NCBI GenBank assembly: GCA_963666565.1 | Contig: OY762911.1 | Coordinates: forward strand, 4,416,001 to 4,480,000 | DNA: 64,000 nt | Reading direction: 5' to 3' | Origin: Thermoanaerobaculia bacterium | Lineage (GTDB): Bacteria > Acidobacteriota > Thermoanaerobaculia > Multivoradales > Multivoraceae | Part shown: positions 16,712 through 27,315 of the stretch, piece after piece | Layout of the letters: each line of letters opens with the position of its first letter | How positions within the stretch are numbered: position 1 is the first letter of the stretch | Made by a program: the position numbers and the translations under genes | Notes under the pieces: model-generated | What the model was told of the DNA's origin: nothing | Seen by the model: only the letters and a program-made list of their open reading frames with translations | Databases searched by the model: none

Positions 16712-19034
16712 ATGAAAGCCGACCCTGTCCGGTTCCTCGACCTGCTGAATCAGAAGATCCAGTACGTTGTACCGCGCTGGCAGCGCCGCTACCGATGGGG
16801 CGAGTCCGAAATCACGCGGCTCGTTGAAGACCTCCTGGCCGTCGGCCAAGCCGAGGAGGCCGACCACTACGGCGGCTCGCTCCTGACTTTCCCCGAACCT
16901 GGGCAACCAGGCGGTGTGTTGCCGACTGCCAGGGTCGTCGACGGCCAACAGCGACTGACCACTGTGAGCATTCTGCTCGCGTGTATCGCCGAGAGCCTCG
17001 AAGAAGGTGGCGGACAACACGACGGCTGGACCGCTGAGAACATTCGCGAGGAGCTTCTCACCAATCCTCGACGCGGCCCCGAGAGACTCCGCAAACTGCG
17101 CCTGCAACAAGGAGACGAAGAGGAGTACCGCGCCGGCCTTGAGGGCGAACCTCGCGGTAGCGGTGCCGTCACTCAGGCATGGAAGACAGTACGTCGCCTA
17201 GTCGGACGAAACGATCCCACGCAGCTCTTCCAGGGCCTCGAGCGCTTCCAGATAGTGAGCATCGGCCTTCATCCCCACGACGATCCGCAGCAGATTTTCG
17301 AGAGCATCAATGCCACCGGACTGCCTCTCGCTGAGGGCGAGAAGGTCAAGAACTGGCTGCTCATGGGCCAGCGTGATGACGTACAGCAAGACCTTCACGA
17401 CAACCACTGGCTGTCGATCGAGAGACACCTCGGCGCCAGCCACACGACCGAACCGATCGACCTGTTCCTCCGCGATGTCCTTCGCTGGCGCACCGGAGAG
17501 TTACGGGGCAAGGGCCAAACCTACGAGGGTCTCCGGCGTTGGGCGCTCCGGGAGTATGGAGCCAGCCTCAGAGACCGAGCCTCGATCTGTCGTGAGCTTG
17601 CGCGCCTTGCCCGTCTCTACGGGATCCTGACCGGCTCGGCAGGACGGCATCCCGACAGGCGTGTGGCGATGGAACTTCGTCATCTGCAGGCTCTCGGTAT
17701 TCACGTTCACCGACCCTTGAGTCTCCGGTTTCTCGACGACGCCTCGAAGACCGACTCGGCGCCAACGCCGCCGGAGCTAGCGAAGGCCCTGGCGGCCATC
17801 GGAACGTGGCTCACCCGTATGTGGCTCGCGGAACGTCCCATGGCCGGAATCAACAAGGCAGCGGCCGAACTCTCGAACCTCAAGGGACCGGGACCGAACG
17901 AAGACTACGCCGAGTACTGGAGAAGCCAGATGCAGCGGCGCCAGAACACCCGTGTCGGTGTGCCGAACGACGAAGACGTCAGACGCGGACTGCGGACCCG
18001 CAAGGCCCACGGGGGAAGCGCAACGCGGTCCTCAACCGCGATTCTCTGCGCTCTGATGGAGGCCGAGCATGGAGAGGAGTCTCCTGCTCGAGAGCACCTG
18101 ACGATTCGGATTGACCCGGGAGATCGCCGCTGAAGACCAATGGGGCCGGGAAGCCCTTGAACGGCGTGCCGCAGCGCTCGCCGAGCGCGCCTTGAGGCTC
18201 TGGCCATGGCAACACCGCACCGGCCCCGAAACGGTGCCACCAGACAGGTCGGGGCCGCTTGAGTGGCGCCTCGAGGGCGGCCCGTGGCGCGCAGAAGAGA
18301 GCGCAAGCCAGATGGTCCTCAACGTGGCGGGAGTCCTCCTGCATCGGGACCCGAAGAACGCGCAGAGACTCGCAGGCGATGCACTCAGCAAGGATCTGCA
18401 GTCGGCCCGGCGCTATCCGCCCGGGTCGATGGCAGGAACCCTGCCGATGCGGGGAATCCCCGATCACTCCGCTTGGGTTCTCCACCCCTACGACCGGGAC
18501 CATCCCTCAAGCGCGAATCGATGCCGCAGTATGGGCAAACAGTGCGGAGTGAACATCGAGGTCAGGGGTGTCAACCAGGTCCACTGGCGACAGGTGTTCT
18601 ACCGGCGGCTGCACCTGCGGACAGGTGGTTTGCCGGGGCAAAAGGACGATCGGCGCGGGAAGAACCAGTGGACGAGCCCCTTGAACTCCCACGGTGACCG
18701 GGTTGGCCTCCTGGTTGTCGATGACGCACTCTTCCTGTGCATTCGGAAACCTTGGGGTCAGAGCACATCGACTGATCTCGTTGCACGGCTGCTGCACTAC
18801 TCGGGGAGGATTCGCTCAGAAATGGGAGATCAGCAGATCGAAGGCGAGCCGCACGCCGCGAGCCTTGAGGGCCGAACGGTATGGCTGAAGAGACCGTGGG
18901 ACTACGAGGACGAGGAGGATTGGCCGGCCGCGGCGGACTGGATCAGGGAGCAGTACGAGCGCCTTCAAACACTCGTGGCAGACACTGGCACGGCGCCGTC
19001 GAGGACTTCGTCGAGCGCTTCGAGAGCGACCTGA
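16712..19034 (+). pseudogene. GmrSD-like (DUF262-DUF1524, DUF4268-like tail) restriction protein with internal deletion and frameshift
   Basis: VPRWQRRYRW, VVDGQQRLTT, IFESINATG in 16712-18133; homology continues in another frame (LTREIA..LAERALRLWPW, 18111-19034); lower GC than flanks. Confidence 0.75.
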
Positions 19035-19198
19035 ACGACCTGATCGCCTCGACCCGGTTCGACGGAGAGTAGAGCCCGTCGTCGAGTTCGGCTTGGCGAA
19101 TCCGGTCACCGGCATTCTGGTCGCTTCATCCGCCTCCCAGCATTGCAATCCAGCGCCACAATCGTGTCCCTTTCCGAGTTGACCGCCAAGCCATCAGC

Positions 19199-19555
19199 TC
19201 AATCGCTTGACACCGCTTCCGAGTCCGACGACACGACCGGCGCCAACTCGGTGAGAAGACTTGGGATGTCCTCTCGCACAGTACGCCACACCATGTTCAA
19301 GTCGATGTCGTCGTAGACGTGGACCATCCGGTTGCGCATCCCGCGGATCTCACGCCACGGGACACTCGGCCGTGCGTCGCGGAAGGTGTCCGACAAACGA
19401 CCGGCCGCCTCACCTATCACCAGAAGGCGGCGGATCACCGAGTCCTGCAACTGGTCGTTCTCCAGGAAGTCCTCGTGCGAGACGCCGACGATGTAGTCGC
19501 CGATCAGTCTGGCGGACTCCACGATGTCCGCAACGGCCGCGAGATCACGACTCAT
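19199..19555 (-). CDS. hepT: HepT-like (DUF86/HEPN) RNase toxin
   Basis: VIGEAA, PWREIRGMRNRMVHVY (Rx4HxY), VWRTV. Confidence 0.9.
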   Translation of the reverse strand: MSRDLAAVADIVESARLIGDYIVGVSHEDFLENDQLQDSVIRRLLVIGEAAGRLSDTFRDARPSVPWREIRGMRNRMVHVYDDIDLNMVWRTVREDIPSLLTELAPVVSSDSEAVSSD

Positions 19556-19907
19556 ACATCGTCTTCACCGTGCCGAGGATCGCCTCCCGTCGGAAGCGAT
19601 TCCTGCTTCGTTCCACGGCCCACCAGCTCAGAAGGTCGACTTCACGCCCCAGAATCGACTCCAGTTCGCGCTCCATCCGCTCCAGGTCGAGCAGAGAGTG
19701 TTGAGCCGCATCGCTGAATCGGGCCAAGACGTCCACGTCGCTGGCGGCACCGAAGTCGTCTCTGAGGACGGAGCCGAAAAGACCGAGGCGCGCGACCTGC
19801 CAGCGTTCACAGAACGCGGCGACCTCAGCGGTCGGCCATGCGAGGTTCGGAGCGGTCCGGTCACCGCCTCTGCCCGTTCCCGTTTCCTTCACCGCAGTCC
19901 CCTCCAT
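19545..19907 (-). CDS. mntA: minimal nucleotidyltransferase antitoxin
   Basis: LFGSVLRDDFGAASDVDVL (GSx10DxD), LGREVDL; overlaps hepT; GGAGG upstream of ATG. Confidence 0.88.
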   Translation of the reverse strand: MEGTAVKETGTGRGGDRTAPNLAWPTAEVAAFCERWQVARLGLFGSVLRDDFGAASDVDVLARFSDAAQHSLLDLERMERELESILGREVDLLSWWAVERSRNRFRREAILGTVKTMYES

Positions 19908-20140
19908 GAACTCGCCTCCAGGTTCGCAGTAGCCGTGGCCGCGACTCGTCCGCACCGCACGGCCTGCCTCACGCAACGACTAGCCAAGCCTAGCAACCGG
20001 TCCGAAGTTGCCGCCGCACGGCCCCAAATGCCGACCAGAACGTGGGCGCAGCGACAATCGGCCAAGCAGACCCACGCCGCAGTCTACGACCGGCGCACTC
20101 AGCCGGTGGCTGCTCCGAAGCCGTCAACCGACGCCGTCCA

Positions 20141-20320
20141 GTCGGCGGCGGCGTCCGAAGGGGAGGGTCCCAGCGGGCTGGAGCCAAGCGACTGCCCAAG
20201 ACCTCCCCTCGACCACCGATGTAGCGGAGCGCAGGCGACCGAAGCGAACCCCCACCCCACCCTTCCCCAAGCGGGGGTGAGCGTCCGCTGGGACCCTCCC
20301 CTCCGGATGCCGCCGCCGAC
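20141..20320 (+). repeat. long-stem element copy E1 (180 nt; 36-bp terminal inverted repeat)
   Basis: Arms 20141-20176 and 20285-20320 are reverse complements with 2 differences; interior homologous to E2-E4. Confidence 0.9.
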
Positions 20321-20338
20321 GGGTACCCGCTCGAGCCG

Positions 20339-22714
20339 CTACGCCGTCAGGCCGCGGTACACCTTCGGCAACTGGCTCGGCAGGGCCGCGATCTCGTCGA
20401 TGACGAGGTAGCGGCGCTCGGGACACATCTCGCGCAGGTAGTCGTGGCCGGCGGGGTCGACGGTGATGCAGAAGGTGGAGATGCCGGCGCGTTCCGTCTC
20501 GCGGAGCGCCACCGTCGTGTCGCGGATGCCGTGGACTCGGGAGGCGCGGTCGCTGCCGTAGTCGAAGTCCTGGGGGTAGCCGTCCGAGAGGATGAGCAGG
20601 ACCTTGACCTTCGCTTCGCGCTCGGCGAGCCTGGCCGCGGCGTGGCGGATCGCCGGTCCCATCCGGGTGCTGCGCTTCGGCTCCATCGCGGCGATCCGGT
20701 CCTCGGCCTCCCGGTCGAGGTCGTCGTCGAACTCCTTGGCGACGAAGAACTCGACCTCCTTGCGGCCGAAGCCGGAGAAGCCGTAGATCGCGTAGTCGTC
20801 GCCCAGGGTCTCCAGGGCGTCGGCCATCAGAACCAGGGACTCCTTCTCGATGTCGATCACCCGGCGCCCCGGCGGCAGGGGCTGCGGGTTGTCCGGCCAG
20901 TCGAAGTCGTCGAAGACGCCGACGTACTCCGGCTCCGGCTCGCGGCCCGACGCCGCTTCGGGCTCGTCAACCGGCGCTTCCGCGTCGGTCGAGGCGCTCA
21001 TGTCGAGCAGGAACGCCGCCGCCACGTCGCGGTGCTGGCGGCGGCGGCTCATGTACACGGCGCCGTCCGGCGGCCGGCCCGCGCGGCGGTCGACGTGGGT
21101 TTCGACCACCCGGTCGAGGTCGAGTTCCTCGCCCTCGATCAGGCGCCGCACGCGCCGGAACTCCTCCGGCTTGAGCAGCTCGAACTGCTTCCTGACGCGC
21201 CGCAGCAGGTCGGCATGGCGGCGCCTGGTCTCGTCGACGAAGCGGCCGGCCGGCGGCGCGGCGCCGTTCGCGGCGCCCTCCGGGACCGGACCGGGCGGCT
21301 CGATCGCCTTCTCCCGCAGGTGGCACCAGCGCCGGCGATAGCCGGCCAGCTCGTGGTCCCACTCGTCGTAGTAGTAGACCCGCTCCCGGTCGCGGTCGAG
21401 CCCGGCCTCCGCCATCTCGCGTTCCAGCCGCTTCGAGAGCTCCTCCAGGCGGGCCGCCAGCTCCTCCGGATCGAGCTCGACCGGGGGCGCGTCGTCGTCG
21501 CCCGCTTCGGCCTCGATCGCTCCCGTGACGTCGAGGTCGGTCAGCGGCAGCCCGGCCGTTCCCGAGAGATCGCCGTCCTGCAGGCTGAGCACACCGAGTT
21601 CGTCGACCTGCAACTGCTCCATCAGGCCGGCGGCTATCGGGCCCGGTTCCACATCGTCCCGCAGTTCGACCTCGGAGGCGAGTTCCTGCCACTCGCGGCG
21701 CAGTTCGACGCGCTCCGGCGCGGGGTCGCCGTGGTGCGCGGGTGCCGGCACGTCGAGCGACTGCGGTTCGACCTCGGCGTCCGGGTCGGCGCCGCGACCC
21801 GGCTGCCGGCGCTCGTCGACGGCCGCCGCGGAATCGGCCCAGGCAGCGGACGAACGCAAGGCGGCGATCGCGGGATAGAGCGCCCGCACGGCGCGCAGCG
21901 TCTCGTCGACGGTGGCACCCGGACTCAGCAGCGCAGCGGCCTCTTCGAGTCGCGAACCTCCGACCTCCTTCGCGAAACGGTGGCCTCCGCCGCCAACCGC
22001 CTCCCGGCCCGGGCTTCCGGCCCCGGCCTCCACCTGCCCGGAAGTCCCCGCGTAGCCGCGGGAGTCCATGCCTGGTTCAACGCGTCCACTACCGGGAGAC
22101 CGGTGCATTGGCGCCCGGCTCGGCGAACCCCCGTCAGCCCCGTCACCGATCAACCGGGACCGCTGCTCGACGAGCAGCGCCCGGGCCAGGTCGAAGAGGG
22201 CCGCTTCCCGTGGCTTCCGCCGCGCCGGCAGCCTCGACGCCGGGGCCAGCGACGACTCGAGCGCATCCTGGACGAGGCGCAGCAGATCCCGCCGTACCCC
22301 CCGGAACGCCCGAGCCAGCGCGGCATCGATCCGCGCCCCCTCCAGCCGCGCGAACAGCGCTCGGGCAAGGCCCGGCTCGTCGAAACCGGCGAAGAAGTCG
22401 GCGAACCGGACCGGCCCCCGCCGGTAGGTGCCGAACAGGACGCCGCCCAACTGGTGCAACACGGCCATCCGGTAGACCATGAAGTTGCCGTAGCCGTCGG
22501 CGAACCGGTCGATTCGCTCCGGCAGATAGAAGGCCGCGCCGTCCGTCGTCGGCCGACCGGCCGCCGCCGCGCCCTCCAGGTCGAGATGACCGGCGCGCGA
22601 GCGTTCCCCGCCCGAGAGATCGGCAAGCGGCCGGACCTCGGCCGGACGCGCCAGCATCGCCTCGACGTAGATCTCGAGGACCCGCCCGACATCGTCGAGT
22701 TCGACGCCGGTCAA
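20339..22714 (-). CDS. NorD/CbbO-like vWA domain protein
   Basis: [22 protein letters not shown] (MIDAS), [19 protein letters not shown]; TTG overlaps the ATPase stop. Confidence 0.88.
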   Translation of the reverse strand: MTGVELDDVGRVLEIYVEAMLARPAEVRPLADLSGGERSRAGHLDLEGAAAAGRPTTDGAAFYLPERIDRFADGYGNFMVYRMAVLHQLGGVLFGTYRRGPVRFADFFAGFDEPGLARALFARLEGARIDAALARAFRGVRRDLLRLVQDALESSLAPASRLPARRKPREAALFDLARALLVEQRSRLIGDGADGGSPSRAPMHRSPGSGRVEPGMDSRGYAGTSGQVEAGAGSPGREAVGGGGHRFAKEVGGSRLEEAAALLSPGATVDETLRAVRALYPAIAALRSSAAWADSAAAVDERRQPGRGADPDAEVEPQSLDVPAPAHHGDPAPERVELRREWQELASEVELRDDVEPGPIAAGLMEQLQVDELGVLSLQDGDLSGTAGLPLTDLDVTGAIEAEAGDDDAPPVELDPEELAARLEELSKRLEREMAEAGLDRDRERVYYYDEWDHELAGYRRRWCHLREKAIEPPGPVPEGAANGAAPPAGRFVDETRRRHADLLRRVRKQFELLKPEEFRRVRRLIEGEELDLDRVVETHVDRRAGRPPDGAVYMSRRRQHRDVAAAFLLDMSASTDAEAPVDEPEAASGREPEPEYVGVFDDFDWPDNPQPLPPGRRVIDIEKESLVLMADALETLGDDYAIYGFSGFGRKEVEFFVAKEFDDDLDREAEDRIAAMEPKRSTRMGPAIRHAAARLAEREAKVKVLLILSDGYPQDFDYGSDRASRVHGIRDTTVALRETERAGISTFCITVDPAGHDYLREMCPERRYLVIDEIAALPSQLPKVYRGLTA

Positions 22715-23583
22715 GGCAGCAGCGTCGACGCGACCTCGGTCACCGCTCGCTGGACCTCGTCGTCGTCGGTGATCGCCCGGCAGATCGCGGCGACGCAGGC
22801 CTCCCGCACGCCGATGCCGCCCGCGATCAACTGCGCCGTGTAGATCAGCAGCCGCGTGCTGACGCCTTCGTCGAAACCGCGGTGGTGCAGGTTGCGGACG
22901 CGCTTGCCGAGCTCGGCGAGGTCCCGCGCCAGCGTCACGTCGATGCCCGCCTCGTGCGCGATGATCTCGGCCTCGACCTCGGGCGGCGGATAGTCGAACT
23001 CGAGCGCCACGAAGCGCTGGCGCGTGCTCGGCTTCAGATCCTTGGCGACGCTCTGGTAGCCCGGGTTGTACGACAGCACGAGCAGGAAGTCCGGGTGCGC
23101 CGGCAGGACTTCGCCCCGCTTCTCGATCGGCAGGATGCGCCGGTGGTCGGTCAGCGCGTGGATCAGGACCGTGGTGTCCTTGCGCGCCTCGACGATCTCG
23201 TCCAGGTAGCAGATCGACCCGTCGCGCACGGCGCGGGTCAGCGGACCGTCCATCCACACCGTGTCGTCGCCTTCCAGCAGGTAGCGGCCGACCAGGTCGG
23301 TGGCGGTGAGATCCTCGTGGCAGGCGACAGTGACGAGCGGCGTCTCGATGCCGGTACGCGCTCCGGCCTCGCCTCCCCGGTAGAGGCGATGCGTCATGTG
23401 CTCCAGGAACCGCGTCTTGCCGCACCCCGTCGGCCCCTTGAGCAGCACCGGCATCCGCGCCCGGTGGGCGGCGAGGAACAGCTCGACCTCGTTGCCGACC
23501 GGCAGGTAGTAGGGCGCCTCCGGAACGGCCGGCGCCGCGTCCGGGACCGGCCGCGGCGCCGCGGCTTCAAGCGGTTGGGTCAT
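22711..23583 (-). CDS. CbbQ/NirQ/NorQ family AAA+ ATPase
   Basis: [58 protein letters not shown]. Confidence 0.93.
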   Translation of the reverse strand: MTQPLEAAAPRPVPDAAPAVPEAPYYLPVGNEVELFLAAHRARMPVLLKGPTGCGKTRFLEHMTHRLYRGGEAGARTGIETPLVTVACHEDLTATDLVGRYLLEGDDTVWMDGPLTRAVRDGSICYLDEIVEARKDTTVLIHALTDHRRILPIEKRGEVLPAHPDFLLVLSYNPGYQSVAKDLKPSTRQRFVALEFDYPPPEVEAEIIAHEAGIDVTLARDLAELGKRVRNLHHRGFDEGVSTRLLIYTAQLIAGGIGVREACVAAICRAITDDDEVQRAVTEVASTLLP

Positions 23584-23602
23584 GGACGGCGAACCGGCGT
23601 CG

Positions 23603-23884
23603 TCAGGAGTTGTCGATGGCCCGGGCGAGCGCGAAGTCCTTCTCCGTCACGCTGCCGGCCGAATGAGTGCTGAGTGTGAGCCGCACCCGGTTGTACCGGA
23701 TGTCGATGTCCGGATGGTGGTCCGCTGCCTCCGCCAGCTCGGCGACGTAGTCGACGAACCGCACCGCCGCCGGGAAGGTGGGGAACAGGTACTCCCGCGA
23801 GATGGCGGGGGCTCCCAGATCCGCTTCCCAGCCCGCCAAGTCCTCACACGCGCTCCGAATCTCGTCCGCCGTCATCGCCGCCAT
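23603..23884 (-). CDS. phhB: pterin-4a-carbinolamine dehydratase
   Basis: [23 protein letters not shown]. Confidence 0.9.
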   Translation of the reverse strand: MAAMTADEIRSACEDLAGWEADLGAPAISREYLFPTFPAAVRFVDYVAELAEAADHHPDIDIRYNRVRLTLSTHSAGSVTEKDFALARAIDNS

Positions 23885-23927
23885 CGCCCGTTACCTCCGC
23901 CGCGCGACCCTAGCAGCCGCCGGCCAG

Positions 23928-23986
23928 GGCCGGCGCGAGTTTCCGCCGCCTTCGGCGGCAGCGGGTCAGAGGACCCGCGCACCCAG
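23928..23986 (-). repeat. REP-like element (intergenic)
   Basis: GCCGCCTTCGGCGGC-A-GCGGGTC-AGAG-GACCCGC-GCACCCAG. Confidence 0.9.
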
Positions 23987-23999
23987 TCTGAACCGTCCA

Positions 24000-24178
24000 G
24001 CCCGCGGAGGGGCCCGGAGGGGAGGGTCCCAGCGGGCTGGAGGCAAGTGACGCCCGCCGGGTCCCCATCGACCGACGCCGACGTGAAACGCAGCCGACCG
24101 AAGCGAGCGCCGGCTCCCCCTTCACCAGGAGAGCGCGAGCGTCCGATGGGAACCTCCCCTCCGGACCCCTCCGCGGGC
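24000..24178 (+). repeat. long-stem element copy E2 (179 nt)
   Basis: Arms 24000-24035 and 24143-24178, 3 mismatches; preceded by CCGTCCA like E1. Confidence 0.9.
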
Positions 24179-24222
24179 GGGTGGCCATGACGGCGGTTGC
24201 CGCAGTGTTACTGTCGGCGGCC

Positions 24223-25434
24223 ATGAAGTTCGGCATCTTCTATGAGCATCAGCTACCGAAGCCCTGGGGGCCGGAGTCGGAGCATCGGCTGCTTCAGAAC
24301 TCGCTGGAGCAGATCGAACTCGCGGACCGGCTGGGGTACGACTACGCGTGGGAGGTGGAGCACCACTTCCTGGAGGAGTACTCGCACAGTTCGGCGCCCG
24401 AGGTGTTCCTCGCCGCGGCGTCGCAACGGACGAAGAACATCCGTCTCGGGCACGGCATCGTCCAGTTGACGACGAACCACCCGGCCCGCGTCGCCGAGCG
24501 GGTCTCGACCCTCGACCTCGTCTCGAACGGCCGGGTCGAACTCGGCCTCGGCGAGGGCTCCAGCGTCACCGAGCTGCACCCCTTCGGGCGCAGCTTCCGC
24601 GACAAGCGGATCGTCTGGGAAGAGGCCGTCCAGGCTTGCCTGCCGATGTTCTGGAACGAGGGCTGGGAGTACCACGGCCACTACTTCGACTTCCCGCTGC
24701 GCAACGTGATCCCGAAGCCCCTGCAGCGGCCCCACCCGCCGCTCTGGGTCGCCTGCTCGCAACTCGACACGATCCGCTACGCCGCGCACCGCGGCATGGG
24801 CGCGCTCTGCTTCAAGTTCGCCGACCTCGACTCCGCCCGCGCCTGGGTCAACGCCTACTACAACACCTTCGTGAACGACCAGCGCAAGCTCTGCGACTAC
24901 CAGCCGAACCCGAATCTCGCGACCGTCAGCGGCTTCATGTGCGCGCCGACGGACGAAGAGGCCCAGCGCAAGGCCGACGGCTGGACCTTCTTCCAGTTCG
25001 CCCTCCAGCTCTACAACAAGGAAGGCCCCTTCGAGCCCGGCACGAACAACTTCTGGGAGCGCTACCAGGAGTGGAAGCGGACTCCCGAGGGCCGGAGGCG
25101 CTCCGACAGCGAACTGATCGGCTCGCCGGAGACCATCCGCGAGCGCCTGCGGGAACTCGAACGCGCCCACGTCGACCAGGTCATCCTGCTCAACCAGGCC
25201 GGCAAGAACACGCACGAGGACATCATGAGCAGCCTGGAGCTGTTCGCCCGCGAGGTGATGCCGGAGTTCCAGACCCGCGAAGACAAGCAGCACGAGTGGA
25301 AGCGGGCGGTCCTCGCCGGCGAGCAGCGACTCGACGACATCGACACGGAGCCCTTCAACGTGACCGCGCGCCTGAAGCCCACCCTGCCGCCGTCGGAGGA
25401 GGCCCTCGCCGCGGCGAGGAAGTGGGCGAGCTGA
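24223..25434 (+). CDS. LLM class flavin-dependent oxidoreductase
   Basis: MKFGIFYE, WEVEHHF, TLDLVSNGRVELG, PKPLQRPHPPLW. Confidence 0.9.
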   Translation: MKFGIFYEHQLPKPWGPESEHRLLQNSLEQIELADRLGYDYAWEVEHHFLEEYSHSSAPEVFLAAASQRTKNIRLGHGIVQLTTNHPARVAERVSTLDLVSNGRVELGLGEGSSVTELHPFGRSFRDKRIVWEEAVQACLPMFWNEGWEYHGHYFDFPLRNVIPKPLQRPHPPLWVACSQLDTIRYAAHRGMGALCFKFADLDSARAWVNAYYNTFVNDQRKLCDYQPNPNLATVSGFMCAPTDEEAQRKADGWTFFQFALQLYNKEGPFEPGTNNFWERYQEWKRTPEGRRRSDSELIGSPETIRERLRELERAHVDQVILLNQAGKNTHEDIMSSLELFAREVMPEFQTREDKQHEWKRAVLAGEQRLDDIDTEPFNVTARLKPTLPPSEEALAAARKWAS

Positions 25435-25517
25435 CTCGCCAGCCGGCGACCGCAACCGAAAACGCCCCTTTCGCGTAGTCAGGTACGACAGGACGCAACC
25501 CGACACAGGAGATCTTC

Positions 25518-26306
25518 ATGTCCCTCTTCCTCCAGCGCCGCAAGGCGCTCTCGCTGGCGCTGACCTGCGCTCTGTTCCTCGGCGTCACGGCGGCCGCCGG
25601 ACCCCTCCTCGCCGACGACCACGAACTGCCGTCGCCCGACGAGATCGTTGCCCGCTACATCGAGGCCGTGGGCGGCGAGGAAGCGATTCGCGCACACACC
25701 TCGAGGACCGTCAAGAGCGCGGTCGAGATCCCGGCAATGGGCATGTCCGGCCAGACGACGGCCTACTTCATCGCGCCCGACAAGATGATCGTCAAGAGCG
25801 AGACGCCGGGCGTCGGCGAGAGCGTCCAGAGTTACAACGGAGAGATCGGCTGGATCGAAGATCCGATGCAGGGCACACAGATCCTGGAAGGCGAGATGCT
25901 GGCCCAGATCAAGCGCCAGGCTCGTTTCTACGGGGACCTGGAGCGCGCCGATCTCTTCCCGCAACAGACAACCGCGGGAGAGACCGAGTGGAACGGCCAG
26001 GCCGCGTATCAAATCGACGTCGTCGACGTCGACGGCAACGAACTGTCCCAGTACTTCGCCAGGGAAACCGGGCTCCTGATCGGTGCGGAGGGAACGCAGA
26101 CGACCGGCATGGGAGAGATGGAGGTGGCGATCACCATCGGCGACTACGAGGAGTTCGGCGGAGTGTTGATCGCCACGTCGACCGCCGCCAACCTCGTTTC
26201 GATGGGCATGGAGATCAACACGACCATCGAATCCGTGACCTTCGACGACGTCGACCCGAGCGTCTTCGAGCCCTCCGACGCGATCAAGGCGCTGCTGCCG
26301 GAGTAG
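25518..26306 (+). CDS. secreted protein, LolA/lipoprotein-sorting-like fold (putative)
   Basis: Signal peptide; IVARYIEAVGG, YFARETGLL, DYEEFGGV, VDPSVFE. Confidence 0.65.
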   Translation: MSLFLQRRKALSLALTCALFLGVTAAAGPLLADDHELPSPDEIVARYIEAVGGEEAIRAHTSRTVKSAVEIPAMGMSGQTTAYFIAPDKMIVKSETPGVGESVQSYNGEIGWIEDPMQGTQILEGEMLAQIKRQARFYGDLERADLFPQQTTAGETEWNGQAAYQIDVVDVDGNELSQYFARETGLLIGAEGTQTTGMGEMEVAITIGDYEEFGGVLIATSTAANLVSMGMEINTTIESVTFDDVDPSVFEPSDAIKALLPE

Positions 26307-26429
26307 GGTTGCGGCTACCCTTCGATCAACCGCTCCTCGGCCTGGCTTACACGCCATAGCCGTCCTGGCTCGCCGCCATCGCCGCACAGCCGGGAAAGAC
26401 CACCACCACTCTGCAAGGAGACGACCCCC

Positions 26430-27248
26430 ATGTCCTTCAAGTCCCTTAGCCGCGCGGCCCTGCTGGCGCTTGCCTGCTGCGGCCTGATTCTCGGCGCCTG
26501 CGCCGCGTACGACGCAGATCCCCCGCAGGCGCAGGCGGACGCCGCGCCTCCCGAGCCGGTCCGCGAGTTGACGGAGGAAGAGAAGATCATCGCCCGCCAC
26601 GTCGAAGCGATCGGCGGCGAGGATGCCATCCGGGCGCACTCCTCGATGACGCTCAAGGGCGCCTTCGAGATGCCGGCGATGGGACTGACCGGCGGCGCGA
26701 CGATCTACCTGGCGGCGCCCGACAAGGGCCTCGTGAACATCGAGATCCCCGGCTTAGGCAACAACGTCCAGGGCTTCGACGGCGAGTTCGGATGGTCGGA
26801 GGATCCGATGCAGGGTCCACGCCTGCTCGAGGGCGGCGAGTTGAGCGTCCTCAAGAACCAGACCCGCATCCACGGAGATCTGGAGTACAACGAGCTCTTC
26901 CCCCAGCAGAACCTGGTCGGCGAGACCGAGTGGGACGATCAGGCCGCCCACCGGATCGACCTCGTCGACGCCGACGGCAACGAGTCGTCGCGCTAATTCT
27001 CCGTGGAGAGCGGCCTGCTGATCGGCGAGGAATCGGCAATGGCGACCGAGATGGGCACGATGGAAACGAGCACGGTCATCGGCGGCTACAAGGAGTTCGG
27101 CGGCGTGCTGTTCGCGACTTCCTCCACCACGAGCGTCACGTCCATGGGCATGGAGTTCATCCAGACCGTCGAGTCCGTGACCTTCGACGACGTCGACCCG
27201 AGCGTCTTCGAGCCTTCCGACGCGATCAAGGCGCTGCTGCCGGAGTAG
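26430..27248 (+). pseudogene. lipoprotein paralog of 25518-26306 with in-frame TAA at 26994-26996
   Basis: Colinear with the upstream paralog; ELSQYFARETG vs ESSR*FSVESG; LGAC lipobox. Confidence 0.8.
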
Positions 27249-27315
27249 GGGCTCGGCCCTCTCCAGGCAACTCGTTCGCCGGTTCGGTCGCTCCCGCGCG
27301 GCCGCCCCGGCGCTC

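Noticed and set aside
18881-19072. Short ORF ending VEDFVERFESDLNDLIASTRFDGE
   Set aside because: It may be a gene remnant, but it overlaps the GmrSD-like tail and has no motif I can assign.
20141-20320. 6S RNA or tRNA identity for the long-stem element
   Set aside because: Length resembles 6S, but four dispersed divergent copies and no recognisable 6S or cloverleaf motifs argue against it; Rfam cmscan would settle this.
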